From the NCBI GenBank assembly GCA_965223735.1, contig OZ245010.1, positions 146,273-210,272 on the forward strand: a stretch of 64,000 bases of DNA, in the 5' to 3' direction. Below the pieces are notes generated by a model. It did not search any database. It worked only from the letters and a program-made list of their open reading frames with translations, and had not been told where the DNA came from. The DNA comes from Candidatus Oxydemutatoraceae bacterium. Its GTDB lineage: Bacteria > Pseudomonadota > Gammaproteobacteria > Poriferisulfidales > Oxydemutatoraceae. A program made the position numbers and the translations under genes. This document shows positions 9,502 through 18,017 of the stretch, piece after piece (position 1 is the first letter of the stretch; the number at the start of each line of letters is the position of its first letter).

Positions 9502-10458
9502 ATGGCGCCGATCTGGATGTCGGCCCGGCCCTTGCCCCGAACATTGCTTCTGGCACTGGTCTGGCTGGTCGTTGTCTGCACGATGCATTTCGCCGCCGCG
9601 CAAACCCCCGACCGGGATGTGCGTGCGGGGCAGTCGGAGTTTTCGCGTGCGCAGGTTTTGCGGCCGTCAGACGGATTGCGTGCGGTGCGCAGTCGAGCCG
9701 CCGCGCAAACCCCCGACCAGGATGTGCATGCGGGGCAGCCGGAGTTTTCGCGCGCGCAGGTTTTGCGGCCGTCAGACGGATCGCGTGCGGTGCGCAGTCG
9801 AGCCGCCGCGCAAACCCCCGACCGGGATGTGCGTGCGGGGCAGTCGGAGTTTTCGCGTGCGCAGGTGTTATGGCCGTCAGACGGATCGCGTGCGGTGCGC
9901 AGTCGAGCCGCCGCGCACACCCCCGACCGGGATGTGCGTGCGGGGCAGTCGGAGTTTTCGCGTGCGCAGGTGTTGCGGCCGTCAGACGGATCGCGTGCGG
10001 TGCGCAGTCGAGCCGCCGCGCACACCCCCGACCGGGATGTGCGTGCGGGGCAGTCGGAGTTTTCGCGTGCGCAGGTGTTATGGCCGTCAGACGGATCGCG
10101 TGCGGTGCGCAGTCGAGCCACCGCGCAAACCCCCGACCGGGATGTGCGTGCGGGGCAGTCGGACAGATCGCGTGCGGTGCGCCGTGAGGCCGGCGCCGGG
10201 CGGCGTTCCAATCTCGATGAAAAAGTGGTGGTGCATTCGGACTCGGCGAACGTTCGCAGCCTGATCAAGTTTCTGGCGCCGCGGGGCTGGCGCACCCGCT
10301 TTGACGTCGCCGCGTCCAGGGTGGATCACGCGCTGGTTTTCCATGCTGAAACCACGAGGCGGCGGGCGCTGGATCAACTGTGTTCGAGTTTGGGACTGAA
10401 AGGCATCTTCTATCCCCGCAAACGCATGGTGCTGATCGTCGAGGGGCGTCGGCAATGA
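9502..10458 (+). CDS. Periplasmic/secreted repeat protein, tentatively PilL/TcpQ-like secretin-associated protein
   Basis: A signal-like segment (MSARPLPRTLLLALVWLVVVCTMHFAAA) is followed by 35-aa repeats. The C-terminal ~80 aa (ANVRSLIKFLAPRGWRTRFDV...LGLKGIFYPRKRMVLI) is reminiscent of the TcpQ/PilL C-terminal domain. The stop overlaps the secretin ATG (ATGA). The start is uncertain (9454, 9502 or 9517). Confidence 0.55.
   Translation: MAPIWMSARPLPRTLLLALVWLVVVCTMHFAAAQTPDRDVRAGQSEFSRAQVLRPSDGLRAVRSRAAAQTPDQDVHAGQPEFSRAQVLRPSDGSRAVRSRAAAQTPDRDVRAGQSEFSRAQVLWPSDGSRAVRSRAAAHTPDRDVRAGQSEFSRAQVLRPSDGSRAVRSRAAAHTPDRDVRAGQSEFSRAQVLWPSDGSRAVRSRATAQTPDRDVRAGQSDRSRAVRREAGAGRRSNLDEKVVVHSDSANVRSLIKFLAPRGWRTRFDVAASRVDHALVFHAETTRRRALDQLCSSLGLKGIFYPRKRMVLIVEGRRQ
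9598..10185 (+). repeat. Tandem 105-bp repeat, 5 full copies plus one internally deleted copy
   Basis: GCGCA(A/C)ACCCCCGACC recurs at 9598, 9703, 9808, 9913, 10018 and 10123, an exact 105-bp period. The copies are near-identical and in frame (35 aa: AAQTPDRDVRAGQSEFSRAQVLRPSDGSRAVRSR). Confidence 0.95.
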
Positions 10459-12005
10459 AATCCGCGCGCTTCATCGTTGTCGCAGCCGCGTGCCTGAGCG
10501 TCGCCGTCGGGTGTATGCCGCAGTTTGCGGCGCGAGATGATACCGACGCAGATGTGTCGGCGTTGTCAACGGTTATGTCACAAGAGTCATCGGGGTTATC
10601 CGGGGAGTTGGCCGATCCGCCGGTGTACGTGAGGGCTTTGCACGCGCCGCCGCATCCCGCACTAGCGCAAAAAGTTCACGTCAATTTCTCACCCGGCAAC
10701 GTGGCATTGCACACCGCGATCGTCAAGGCGCTGCCGTTTCTGGTGACGGTCGTCGCCCGCGATCAGATGGTTGACCTGAACGCGCCGGTTTCGGTGCGCG
10801 CGAACGGGGTTGCCGTCGGGACTTATCTCAAACAGCTCGAAGGGGAAAGTGGCTACCGGATTGAATTGCGACCCGACGAGAGCGTGGTTGAAGTGGCGGC
10901 GGTGGTAACGCGCACCTGGAACTTGCCGGCGTTGGCGGGCATGGGGGATTTCAACGCGCGTCTGGGCTTTGGTGATGACGGCGATGATGAAGACGATGGC
11001 GACGTTGAAAGAAGCCACACGATGAGTTCGTCGGTTGCCCACGACGACGATGTGTGGGCGACGGTCGTGGCGCACGCGCATTGCATCCTGGGCATCGGCG
11101 GGTGCGAGTCGGATGAAACAACTGATGCAACTGACGCCGACGCCGAAGTGACGGGCCGTCCGCGCAATGCAGGCACATGGCTGGTCGATAACCGCCGTCT
11201 CGGCACCATCAGCGCGAGCGGCAAGCCGCGGCCGATGGCGCTGCTTGATCAGTGGCTTTCCAAAATGGTCGCCGACAGCCTGCGTTTGGTGCGGCTGGAA
11301 TGCGCGATCCTCGACGTGGCGGTCGATGAGCGGCGTGCGGCGGGCGTTGATTTCGACGCGGTATTCGGCGACGACGAAGATTTCGTCAGGATCACGCGCG
11401 GGTCGGTGGTCTCTGATGACGATGACTCCGGCTGGACGATCGGCACGGTACTCGACGGCGGCCGCTTTGACCTCGACTTTTTTATCCGGCGTCTCGCGCG
11501 CCGCACCGACGTCAAGGTCAAGAGCAGGGCGCGGCTGGTCGTCACCAACGCCGCCACTGCGTATCTGAATACCGGCGAAGTGTTCTCGTATCTGTCCGGT
11601 ATTGAATCGGTGGCGACTGAAGGCGTCGCCACCACTTCATTTGAGCAAACCCGCCTTCAGATCGGCCTCGAACTTGCGGTAACGCCGCGGATCCTCGACG
11701 ACAACGGCCGGATGCTGGTCGAGGTCGTGCCGATCCTGTCTTCGGTGGTGCGCTTTGATGAGCTCGGCGACGGCGCCAACCGTGTCAACACGCCGGTCAT
11801 CTCGTTGCGCCAGATGAGCTCTCAGGCGATTACGCGCAGCGGCCGCCCGGTGGTCATCGGCGGGCTGACCTGGGACCGTCTCGCGTCCGATGAAGAAAGC
11901 CCGGTTGCCGGCACGGTGTTTGAAAAATGGTTTTCGTCGCGCGACAGGAAGACCGAGTCGCGCCAGTTGCTGATCGTGATCACGCCGTGGGAGGTAATGG
12001 TATGA
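10455..12005 (+). CDS. Outer-membrane secretin, lipoprotein type (PilN(R64)/BfpB-like)
   Basis: Lipobox MKSARFIVVAAACLSVAVGC. The C-terminal secretin domain pattern reads LVVTNAATAYLNTGE...IGLELAVTPRILDDNGRMLVEV...TPVISLRQMSSQAITRSGRPVVIGGL...RQLLIVITPWEV. An acidic insert (GDDGDDEDDGD) is present. Confidence 0.85.
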   Translation: MKSARFIVVAAACLSVAVGCMPQFAARDDTDADVSALSTVMSQESSGLSGELADPPVYVRALHAPPHPALAQKVHVNFSPGNVALHTAIVKALPFLVTVVARDQMVDLNAPVSVRANGVAVGTYLKQLEGESGYRIELRPDESVVEVAAVVTRTWNLPALAGMGDFNARLGFGDDGDDEDDGDVERSHTMSSSVAHDDDVWATVVAHAHCILGIGGCESDETTDATDADAEVTGRPRNAGTWLVDNRRLGTISASGKPRPMALLDQWLSKMVADSLRLVRLECAILDVAVDERRAAGVDFDAVFGDDEDFVRITRGSVVSDDDDSGWTIGTVLDGGRFDLDFFIRRLARRTDVKVKSRARLVVTNAATAYLNTGEVFSYLSGIESVATEGVATTSFEQTRLQIGLELAVTPRILDDNGRMLVEVVPILSSVVRFDELGDGANRVNTPVISLRQMSSQAITRSGRPVVIGGLTWDRLASDEESPVAGTVFEKWFSSRDRKTESRQLLIVITPWEVMV

Positions 12006-12868
12006 GTGTGTACAAGCCGGGGATCGAGGTTACTATCGGCGGATGTCGCTGTGTCGTGATATGCGACGCGGTTGCACATACTCTGCCGCCGTCGGATGAC
12101 GTCGTCGTACTCGACCGTCTCGACGGCAGGATGGTGTATTGCGCCTTGTCGTCGCTCAAGTATGCGCGCGAGCGATATCCGGGGCTGCCGGCCTACGGTT
12201 TCTGGCAGGTGCTGCTCAGTTCAGGGTTGGTCGATAAGGCCGGGCGCTTGCAGGCGGTTTATTTTGACGAACGCAACGGTCAATACCTGTATCAGGACGC
12301 CGCGGTCGCCTTTACCGGGGAAATCCGCAACGGCGCATTGCTCGCGAACGGCGGCTATGCGCTCGACCCGTCCGCCGCCCGTGTTATCGCCTGCGAGATC
12401 CGGGACCTGCGCCTGCCGCGCAAAGCCGCGCTGTCTTTTGAGGAACGTGAGCGCGAGCGTGTCGCCCGCAAGTTCAGATTCGCGTCGCGTCTGGCGGCGG
12501 TGGCGGTTTTTCTGAGCGTCGCGCTATTGGCTTACGACGGCAAGCGCCGGTCATACGAAGCCGATCTGCAGGTGGCCCGCGATGCGCTGGAAGTGCGCGC
12601 CGAGGCTCTCGCGGTGCGCAAAGTCGCGTTGCGGGAGACGCGCATCGAGAAATGGCCGGACCAGCACGCCACGCTCGATGACCTGCTGCATTTTGCGATT
12701 GCGCTTGAACGTTTTACGTTGCCCGAGACGCCGCTTGAACACACTGTGTTTGAGGTACGCGTGCCCGACCCGAATATTTATCTGCCGCCGATGGTATCGA
12801 CCATCGTCAGCGGCGTTGAACACCGCCGCGACGGTCTGTTGTCGCTGCGCTGGAGCCGGTCCCGATGA
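12002..12868 (+). CDS. Bitopic inner-membrane assembly protein, hypothetical (position-equivalent to PilO(R64)/GspL/BfpC)
   Basis: ATGA overlap with the secretin stop. A ~165-aa N-terminal domain is followed by one TM (RLAAVAVFLSVALLAY) and an Ala/Arg/Glu-rich coiled-coil-like periplasmic part. I recognise no family motif. Confidence 0.5.
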   Translation: MSVYKPGIEVTIGGCRCVVICDAVAHTLPPSDDVVVLDRLDGRMVYCALSSLKYARERYPGLPAYGFWQVLLSSGLVDKAGRLQAVYFDERNGQYLYQDAAVAFTGEIRNGALLANGGYALDPSAARVIACEIRDLRLPRKAALSFEERERERVARKFRFASRLAAVAVFLSVALLAYDGKRRSYEADLQVARDALEVRAEALAVRKVALRETRIEKWPDQHATLDDLLHFAIALERFTLPETPLEHTVFEVRVPDPNIYLPPMVSTIVSGVEHRRDGLLSLRWSRSR

Positions 12869-13113
12869 GAGTGTTGCCGCTATTGGTTTTTGCCGCCGCC
12901 GCGGGTGTCAGCAGCGGCGTGATGTCTTTCAAGCATACGTCTCAGCTCAGTTATGACAACGCGATGCTCGCGTTGCAGGTGCGTGATCTCGAACGCAAAG
13001 TGGCGGGCTTGCGCAACGGCGGCGTCAGGCCGCGTGTGTTCACCGCCGCCGAACGCCGCGTGCGCCCTCCGGCGGCGCGGGAGTCAAGCCGGGATGGGGG
13101 CCGGCGCCGATGA
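12865..13113 (+). CDS. Small bitopic protein (82 aa), truncated paralog of the next gene
   Basis: ATGA overlaps at both ends. It has an N-terminal TM (LPLLVFAAAAGVSSGV) and a helix LALQVRDLERKVAGL that parallels LALRMNRLEYEVAEL in the 13110 gene. Confidence 0.5.
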   Translation: MRVLPLLVFAAAAGVSSGVMSFKHTSQLSYDNAMLALQVRDLERKVAGLRNGGVRPRVFTAAERRVRPPAARESSRDGGRRR

Positions 13114-13541
13114 AGCCGTTGCTGCTTTTAGTGTCGGCGATGGTGGCCGGGATCGCCGCCGGTGTCGCGTTGTTCGTGTATCTGCCGTCGCCGGAGAGCG
13201 ACACCGATGCGCTCGCGTTGCGAATGAACCGTCTTGAGTACGAAGTGGCCGAATTGCTCGAATGCCCGTTGGCGTCGCCGACTTACGATCATTGGGAGCA
13301 CTTTGAGCGCCATCTCGACACGTACGAAAACCTGAAGTTCAACCGCCTGCCGCCCGACAAAGCCGGCGTGTCCGAGTTCGGGGGTGAGCAGTGGGGCGGG
13401 GTCATGAGCGGGCCGACGCTCGATCTGCTGATTGCCGCGCGCATCGCGCAGACGCTGGTGCCCGTGTATTTCGATCGCGTCGCCGTCGAGGGCGAGGTCG
13501 CGCAGATGACTTTTTATGTGCTGGGTGCACGGGAGGATTGA
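13110..13541 (+). CDS. Bitopic protein (143 aa), PilO/GspM-like topology
   Basis: An N-terminal TM (LLLLVSAMVAGIAAGVALFV) is followed by a coiled-coil segment and a ~80-aa C-terminal domain. The assignment rests on topology and position only. Confidence 0.5.
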   Translation: MKPLLLLVSAMVAGIAAGVALFVYLPSPESDTDALALRMNRLEYEVAELLECPLASPTYDHWEHFERHLDTYENLKFNRLPPDKAGVSEFGGEQWGGVMSGPTLDLLIAARIAQTLVPVYFDRVAVEGEVAQMTFYVLGARED

Positions 13542-13542
13542 G

Positions 13543-14199
13543 ATGCGAAAACTCTTTGCAATCGGCCTGTGGGTCTCGTGCGGCTGTCTGCACGCGGCCG
13601 GGCCGCCCGGGGTCACGACGCAGGTGGATACCCGGGCGGTGAGCGGGGCAGCGGTGTTGCAGCCGGAGGGCATATTGCGGCATACCGTGTCGGCGCAGTT
13701 GCGGACCGGCGAAGTGGCAGTGCTGCTCGAGCATCTGCAAAGCCAGCACGTCTATTTGAAACATCTCGACAACGTGCGCCGCGCCCTCGAGAAGGAGCTG
13801 TCGATCGTCAGGTTGATGAATGAGTGCGGCCGCTTCGGCAGCGCGTGTACCGGGCGGGGCATCACTGTAAAACCGGCGCCCGAGGAACCGCCGTTGCCGG
13901 AACCATTGCCGGAACCATTGCCGGAAGAAGAAGCGCCGTTGCCGGAACCGTTGTCGGCGCCGCCCGCACCGTTGCCGCCGGTGAGTGAACTGCCTGTCGT
14001 CGCCGGGATCTACCGCGACACGGCGTCGCTGATCTATCGGGGGCGTCGCGTCGAGGTGCGCGAAGGGGTGAAGGTCGGGCCGTTCACGGTGGCGGCGGTG
14101 ACGCTGGACCGGATTGATCTCGACTGGGCGGGCGGGTCGGTGACATTGCCGGTGCAATGGCATTCACGGGCGGCTGTCGATCAGAGCCGCGAGTTTTGA
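13543..14199 (+). CDS. Periplasmic protein with Pro-rich spacer and PilP/GspC-HR-like C-terminal domain
   Basis: GGGAGGA RBS precedes ATG 13543. The signal peptide is MRKLFAIGLWVSCGCLHAAG. The spacer reads PEEPPLPEPLPEPLPEEEAPLPEPL. The C-terminus VVAGIYRDTASLIYRGRRVEVREGVKVGPFTVAAVTLDRIDLDW resembles the secretin-docking beta domain of PilP/GspC. Confidence 0.5.
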   Translation: MRKLFAIGLWVSCGCLHAAGPPGVTTQVDTRAVSGAAVLQPEGILRHTVSAQLRTGEVAVLLEHLQSQHVYLKHLDNVRRALEKELSIVRLMNECGRFGSACTGRGITVKPAPEEPPLPEPLPEPLPEEEAPLPEPLSAPPAPLPPVSELPVVAGIYRDTASLIYRGRRVEVREGVKVGPFTVAAVTLDRIDLDWAGGSVTLPVQWHSRAAVDQSREF

Positions 14200-14213
14200 G
14201 GAGCCGTTCTGTC

Positions 14214-15908
14214 GTGCAGGCGAAATTTCAGGATCTGATCGTCAGGTTGTCGCAGATGCGCGTGATGCCCGCGGCGGTCGCCGCCGCGACCTGTCCGCAG
14301 TCGCCGCAGCAGATCATTGCGAAACTGCTCGACATGGGCGTTCCGTCCGATGCCCTGACACAGGCGCTCGCCGACGTGTTCAGCTATCCGGTCTATGACA
14401 AGGGGCGCCACGGCGAGTTCGAGTGCGCCTGCAAACGCGGGCGCTGGGGATACACCGGCGGTATTTTGTTTGTCGCGTGTCCTTTCGACAGCAGCCTGCA
14501 ACCCGCGGTGCTGTTGCCAGCCGACGCTTACCGGAATTTTACCGGATTCGGCCTGCTGCCGGTCAGTGGGGAGCGCGAAGACGCCGACGCCGATGGTTAC
14601 GACCGCGCACAGGCGGAGAAGATTATTCGCCGATGGCTCGAGCGCGCGATAGCGCAGGGCGCGACTGATCTGCATATCGCGCCGTTGACTGCAAAGTACA
14701 TCCGCGTCAGGACGCGCGTTGACGGACAGCTTCAGACGCTCGACGAAATTCCGGTCAGCGGCGAGGAGACAAGTTACCGGTTCGTATCCAATATGCTGCT
14801 GAAAATGATGAACTGCGCGACCGGCAGTTTTATCAGGCCCGTTGACGGGCGCTTTGAGTATCAGGCGCGCGGGCGATGCGTCGAAGTGCGGGTTGCGATG
14901 CGTCCGGTCAGTATTCAGGGGACGCCTTCGCAGGCTTTTTATCTCAGGCTTTTAGGTGCACGCGGCGACGCCGGGCTGAAATCTTTTTCGGAACTGGGAT
15001 TTTCGACGCGCGCGCAGGCCGTGTTCACTGATATTCGGCGCCTGAGCCAGGGGCTGGTGCTGATCACCGGGCCGACGGGATCGGGAAAATCGACAACCCT
15101 GTATGCCAATCTTGCAAGGATCGTCAACGACGACCCCTGGCGTTCGGTGCAGACGCTCGAGGATCCGGTCGAGTTCGACATCCGCGGCATCGACCAGACG
15201 CAGATCAACGAAGACATCGGCATGGGTTTTCACGATGGCCTGAAGGCGCTGATGCGCAGCGACGTTGACGTGATCCTGGTCGGTGAGATCCGCGACCCGG
15301 AAACCGCGAGGTTGGCGATGCGGGCTAGCCTGACCGGGCACCTGGTGTTCGCGACGGTGCACGCCAGGGACGCGCTGTCTGTCGTCGAGCGGATGCTCGA
15401 CCTCGGCGTCAATGCCAAAGCGTTGGCGCTGGTGCTGTCGGCGGTGTTTGCGCAAAGGCTGGTGCGTAAGGTATGCCGTGCGTGTTCGAGCGAAGTCGTG
15501 TTTTCGGAATGCGGCGAAAGCGGCCGTTACGCCGATCTGTTTTCACCTGAGGATAAGTTGCGGACGGCGTGCGCGCAGGGGTGCGCGGTGTGCGACCGCG
15601 GGTATCGCGATCGGCGTGTCGTCGTCGAATGCATCCGCGTCAGCCGGTGCCTGGCGCAGGCGATCGCGGTCGGCGAAAGCGTGGCGGTGCTTGAGAAGAT
15701 TATCGCGCGCGAAGGTGAGGAGACGCTGTGGCATAACGCCGCGTCTCTGGTCAGGCGCGGTGAGACCACGCTCGCCGAATGTGAAAAGCACCTGTCGCTT
15801 CGATGGAATCGAAATCAATCTGAGACGGGTGCGGATGATCTTTTGAACGAGACCACGCAGTTGGCCCCGAAACCGGCCGTTCAACCGGCCATCAATAACC
15901 ATGTCTAA
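14214..15908 (+). CDS. GspE/PilB-family assembly ATPase
   Basis: Walker A GPTGSGKST, Walker B DVILVGEIRD and His box TGHLVFATVHA are present. A tetracysteine CRAC...CAVC motif and an N-terminal T2SSE_N-like segment also occur. GAGGAG RBS lies upstream of GTG 14214. The ORF call from 14157 overlaps the previous gene. Confidence 0.9.
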   Translation: MQAKFQDLIVRLSQMRVMPAAVAAATCPQSPQQIIAKLLDMGVPSDALTQALADVFSYPVYDKGRHGEFECACKRGRWGYTGGILFVACPFDSSLQPAVLLPADAYRNFTGFGLLPVSGEREDADADGYDRAQAEKIIRRWLERAIAQGATDLHIAPLTAKYIRVRTRVDGQLQTLDEIPVSGEETSYRFVSNMLLKMMNCATGSFIRPVDGRFEYQARGRCVEVRVAMRPVSIQGTPSQAFYLRLLGARGDAGLKSFSELGFSTRAQAVFTDIRRLSQGLVLITGPTGSGKSTTLYANLARIVNDDPWRSVQTLEDPVEFDIRGIDQTQINEDIGMGFHDGLKALMRSDVDVILVGEIRDPETARLAMRASLTGHLVFATVHARDALSVVERMLDLGVNAKALALVLSAVFAQRLVRKVCRACSSEVVFSECGESGRYADLFSPEDKLRTACAQGCAVCDRGYRDRRVVVECIRVSRCLAQAIAVGESVAVLEKIIAREGEETLWHNAASLVRRGETTLAECEKHLSLRWNRNQSETGADDLLNETTQLAPKPAVQPAINNHV

Positions 15909-15922
15909 AAGGAGCAGGAAAA

Positions 15923-16405
15923 ATGCGACACTCAATTACGTCCGTGAGGCGCATACGGCGTCAGCGCGGGTTTTCAGTGCTAGAAATCTTAATCGCGACC
16001 GTGTTGATCAGTTTACTGGTCACAAGTGGTCTTTATTACGCCAACGTCGGCGACAAGGCCGACACGGTCGATATTGCAACGTCCAAAGCCGTACTCGTCG
16101 TGCGCTTCCCTGAAGCGTTGCTGTCGGTGTATGCGAAAAAGCAGACGTTGCTGGGCGCGTCGGAGGGCGACCTGACCAAGACCGGTTCGGTGCGGACGGG
16201 CATTCCGGCGACGTGGGAAGTCGCTGGCGGCGACGATAAGCCGACGGCCACCGCGCTGAGCGTCAAACTGACGTTTGAAAAAAGCGAGGTGGTGGAGGTG
16301 CTCAAGACGTATCTGGACGACAGCAAGGATACGACGCTGGTCAGCGAGGTTGCCGTTGACTCCGACAACGGCAAGGTCTTGACGGTCACCTACAGGCTTG
16401 AATAA
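15923..16405 (+). CDS. Type IVb-like major pilin candidate
   Basis: The long basic leader MRHSITSVRRIRRQRG|FSVLEILIATVLISLLV has Gly at -1 and Glu at +5. The protein is 160 aa, and an AAGGAG RBS is present. Confidence 0.8.
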   Translation: MRHSITSVRRIRRQRGFSVLEILIATVLISLLVTSGLYYANVGDKADTVDIATSKAVLVVRFPEALLSVYAKKQTLLGASEGDLTKTGSVRTGIPATWEVAGGDDKPTATALSVKLTFEKSEVVEVLKTYLDDSKDTTLVSEVAVDSDNGKVLTVTYRLE

Positions 16406-17571
16406 TGGCTGCGTGGACGATCCGGTACTGGGGCGACGACGGTCTGTGCGGGAAAGTGGTCGCGGCTGATTCCAAAGCCTCGGCGCTGGCGCTTGCCGAC
16501 GTGCCGTCGTCGAGGGTGGTGAAGATCACGCGCCGCTGGCTGCTTTCGGCGGACGGCGTCGTCGCCTCGGTCTTGTCGGGCCCTTCGGCAAGGACCCAGA
16601 TGTTGTTTCTCGCGCGTGCGTTGGCGCTTTTTGCCGGCGGCGGCGCGGGTCTGGTCAACCGCCTGATCGTGTCGCTGCCCGAGTTGAAGCGCCTTGCAGG
16701 AAAACGGTTTCAGGCCTTGCGCGATGACCTTGAACTCAGCGCGAAACTTCGGTACCTGGGTTTCGGTCCCGAGATTGTTTCGATCATTGAGACCGGCGAG
16801 AAGACCGGGCGGCTGACACAGGCGATTGAAATTGCCCTGGCCTACCTCAAGCAGAATGCCGAGATTGCACAAAAGAACTCAAAGCAATTTTTGTTCGGGA
16901 CATTGCTTATCATCGCAAGTCTGTCTTTGTTCTTTTTATTGCCGTTGTTGCTTGCCGATCCGATAGACACCCTGCGTAATTTACGCGGCATCGAGGTTAA
17001 CTTGACGGCGGCGACTTACGTGTTGCTGTTTGTCAGGGCGGCGGTCAGGGATTACTGGTGGCTCCTGTGCGCAAGCCTCGGCGCGGCGCTTTTTCTGGTG
17101 TGGAAATTCCGCTATGCGCTTTCGCGCGTTCCGCCTTTCAGCGTGTTCGGTGCTCTCGAAAAGACCAGGCGCTCGATCCGTTTTTTGATCGTGTGGCGCG
17201 CGTTCCGGGTTGCCGGAATTCCTCTGGAGGAACAGACGGCGACGCTGGCCGCCGCGCTTGGCGCACGTGCTTCGGCGTACGTGCTCGAGCGTTTGAGGCG
17301 CGGCGAGTCGTTGACCGACACGTTGGACCGGCATTTCTTCAGCCCGACGTTGGTGCTGGCGGTTGCGGGTTTGTCGCAGGTCGGCGTCGAGCCGTTTTCG
17401 AGGATCGTCGATGTGCTTTTGGTATCCCTGCGCGAAGAACAGCAGGTGGGGGTGTCGCGTGTCGCCACCGCGATGTATGTGCTGGGGGCGGCGTTGGCGA
17501 TGGGCACGATCGCCTTGGTCGCCCTGGGCCTGATCTTCCCGATCATGAGCGCTTCGGCGGGGGTGTCGTGA
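16405..17571 (+). CDS. GspF/PilC-family inner-membrane platform protein
   Basis: 388 aa. Two T2SSF-like repeats (…IIETGEKTGRL…, …RLRRGESLTDTL…) are separated by TM segments. The start overlaps the pilin stop (TAATG). Confidence 0.85.
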   Translation: MAAWTIRYWGDDGLCGKVVAADSKASALALADVPSSRVVKITRRWLLSADGVVASVLSGPSARTQMLFLARALALFAGGGAGLVNRLIVSLPELKRLAGKRFQALRDDLELSAKLRYLGFGPEIVSIIETGEKTGRLTQAIEIALAYLKQNAEIAQKNSKQFLFGTLLIIASLSLFFLLPLLLADPIDTLRNLRGIEVNLTAATYVLLFVRAAVRDYWWLLCASLGAALFLVWKFRYALSRVPPFSVFGALEKTRRSIRFLIVWRAFRVAGIPLEEQTATLAAALGARASAYVLERLRRGESLTDTLDRHFFSPTLVLAVAGLSQVGVEPFSRIVDVLLVSLREEQQVGVSRVATAMYVLGAALAMGTIALVALGLIFPIMSASAGVS

Positions 17572-18017
17572 TGACACGGGCGGGGTTCACCGTGATTGAA
17601 ATGCTCGCCGTGCTGGTGCTGGCGAGTGTGCTCTATGCGCTGTTGTTCATCAATTATGACGCGCGTTGGCAACCGGTTGCGTTTGCTTCGAGCACGGTGC
17701 AGGCAAGGCTGTGGTCCGACGCGGCCGAGATTGAACGCCGCCGGGGTGCACTGCGGTCGGGCACCGCTGACGCCGGTGTCGCACTTCGGCGCAGCGATGT
17801 AGCGCCCGCACGGACGCTGTTCGGCGGCGCCTACCGCATCACCGCGACGACCCACACTGCGGTCGTGTCCTTTGACGTGCCGTTTGAAGCGCACGGCGGC
17901 GGCCTCTTCACTGCGGATCACGAGGCGGGCGGCACGGTGCGTGTCATGCCGACCGTGCTTGCGCCGACGGCGCCGATGCAGGAGAAAGTGTTGCTGTATC
18001 GGGAGGCGATTCGGTGA
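17571..18017 (+). CDS. Minor (pseudo)pilin with short leader
   Basis: Class III signal MTRAG|FTVIEMLAVLVLASVLYALLF. The start overlaps the platform stop (TGATG). Confidence 0.75.
   Translation: MTRAGFTVIEMLAVLVLASVLYALLFINYDARWQPVAFASSTVQARLWSDAAEIERRRGALRSGTADAGVALRRSDVAPARTLFGGAYRITATTHTAVVSFDVPFEAHGGGLFTADHEAGGTVRVMPTVLAPTAPMQEKVLLYREAIR

Noticed and set aside
9598-10185. Regularly spaced repeats that could be mistaken for a CRISPR array
   Set aside because: The 105-bp units are contiguous, with no unique spacers between them. They are in frame within a long ORF that links a signal peptide to a C-terminal domain, and no cas genes are nearby. It is a coding tandem repeat.
9295-10295. Alternative long ORFs through the repeat region (9360-10187 +, 9572-10264 +, 9441-10295 -) and the far-upstream start at 9295
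   Set aside because: Only the 9295/9502 frame connects a signal-like N-terminus to the C-terminal domain and is ATGA-coupled to the secretin gene. The other frames are open merely because the GC-rich repeat lacks stops. The residues encoded between 9295 and ~9500 look non-protein-like.
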